The position numbers and the translations under genes were made by a program. The notes below the pieces were generated by a model, which did not search any database, was not told the DNA's origin, and was given only the letters and a program-made list of their open reading frames with translations. This document shows positions 24,305-24,632 of a stretch of DNA of 24,632 bases, in pieces. Each line of letters opens with the position of its first letter. The stretch's first letter is position 1. Source of the DNA: a virus (taxonomy: Duplodnaviria; Caudoviricetes); IMG/VR virus record IMGVR_UViG_3300051212_000147, positions 1 through 24,632 of that record. The stretch is one strand, 5' to 3'.

Positions 24305-24632
24305 ATGGAAAAATTTTCTTTCTACTGGTGCTCAGTTTACTGAAGTATCTCTTACTGATGCGAAAAGTAGTTTGATTGTGGGAACTAATGGTGCTGGAAA
24401 GTCAACCATTCTGGATGCTCTCACTTTCTCTTTGTTTGGCAAACCATTTAGAAAGATTAACAAACCACAACTTCTCAACTCAATCAATCAGAGTGATTGT
24501 GTTGTGGAAGTTAACTTTGATATTGGTAATAATAAATACAAAGTGATTCGTGGTATCAAACCAGCGAAGTTTGAAATCTATCAGAATGGTGCTCTACTTA
24601 ACCAAGATTCTTCTGCTGTAGACCAGCAGAAA
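24282..24632 (+). CDS. gp46: Recombination ATPase subunit gp46 (Rad50/SbcC-like), 3'-truncated
   Basis: Not in the ORF track. ATG 24282 gives MIIFKTIKWKNFLSTG..., Walker A GTNGAGKST and LFGKPFRKINKPQL; the frame is open to the window end. Confidence 0.95.
   Translation, partial: MIIFKTIKWKNFLSTGAQFTEVSLTDAKSSLIVGTNGAGKSTILDALTFSLFGKPFRKINKPQLLNSINQSDCVVEVNFDIGNNKYKVIRGIKPAKFEIYQNGALLNQDSSAVDQQK

Noticed and set aside
1-24632. Alternative genetic code, tRNA genes or auxiliary metabolic genes
   Set aside because: Core genes translate full length in the standard code using TAA, TGA and TAG stops. Intergenic gaps are short and show no cloverleaf, and no metabolic gene was recognised.

Overview
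This window is the virion-morphogenesis and recombination core of a T4-like myovirus, most likely a cyanomyovirus. All supported genes are on the + strand. It opens with the 3' part of a repeat-rich structural gene and a 1237-aa modular fibre-like gene. These are followed by g13-g14-g15-g16, three small ORFs, g17, a Zn-finger ORF, g18-g19-g20-g67-like-g21-g22-g23, then g3-uvsY-uvsW, an Sm-like ORF, g55, g47, a DUF3110-like ORF and a partial g46. T4-type late promoters (NATAAATA) precede most structural genes. The best candidate for an undescribed system is the ~200 bp switch upstream of the late sigma factor g55. It holds a perfect TTGACA-N17-TATAAT promoter on the minus strand, back-to-back with the g55 promoter, and a minus-strand hairpin/U-tract ~90 nt downstream that together predict a ~100-nt antisense sRNA over the 3' end of the Sm-like gene. 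An NtcA-type GTA-N8-TAC box overlaps the g55 -10 element. Other notable signals are a promoter/terminator/RBS overlap before g13, mosaic GATC avoidance (g18-g19 rich, g13-g17 almost free), fibre-type domains inserted into the tail sheath, and nested modules in the 1237-aa protein. Family assignments come from recalled motifs and gene order, not database searches.
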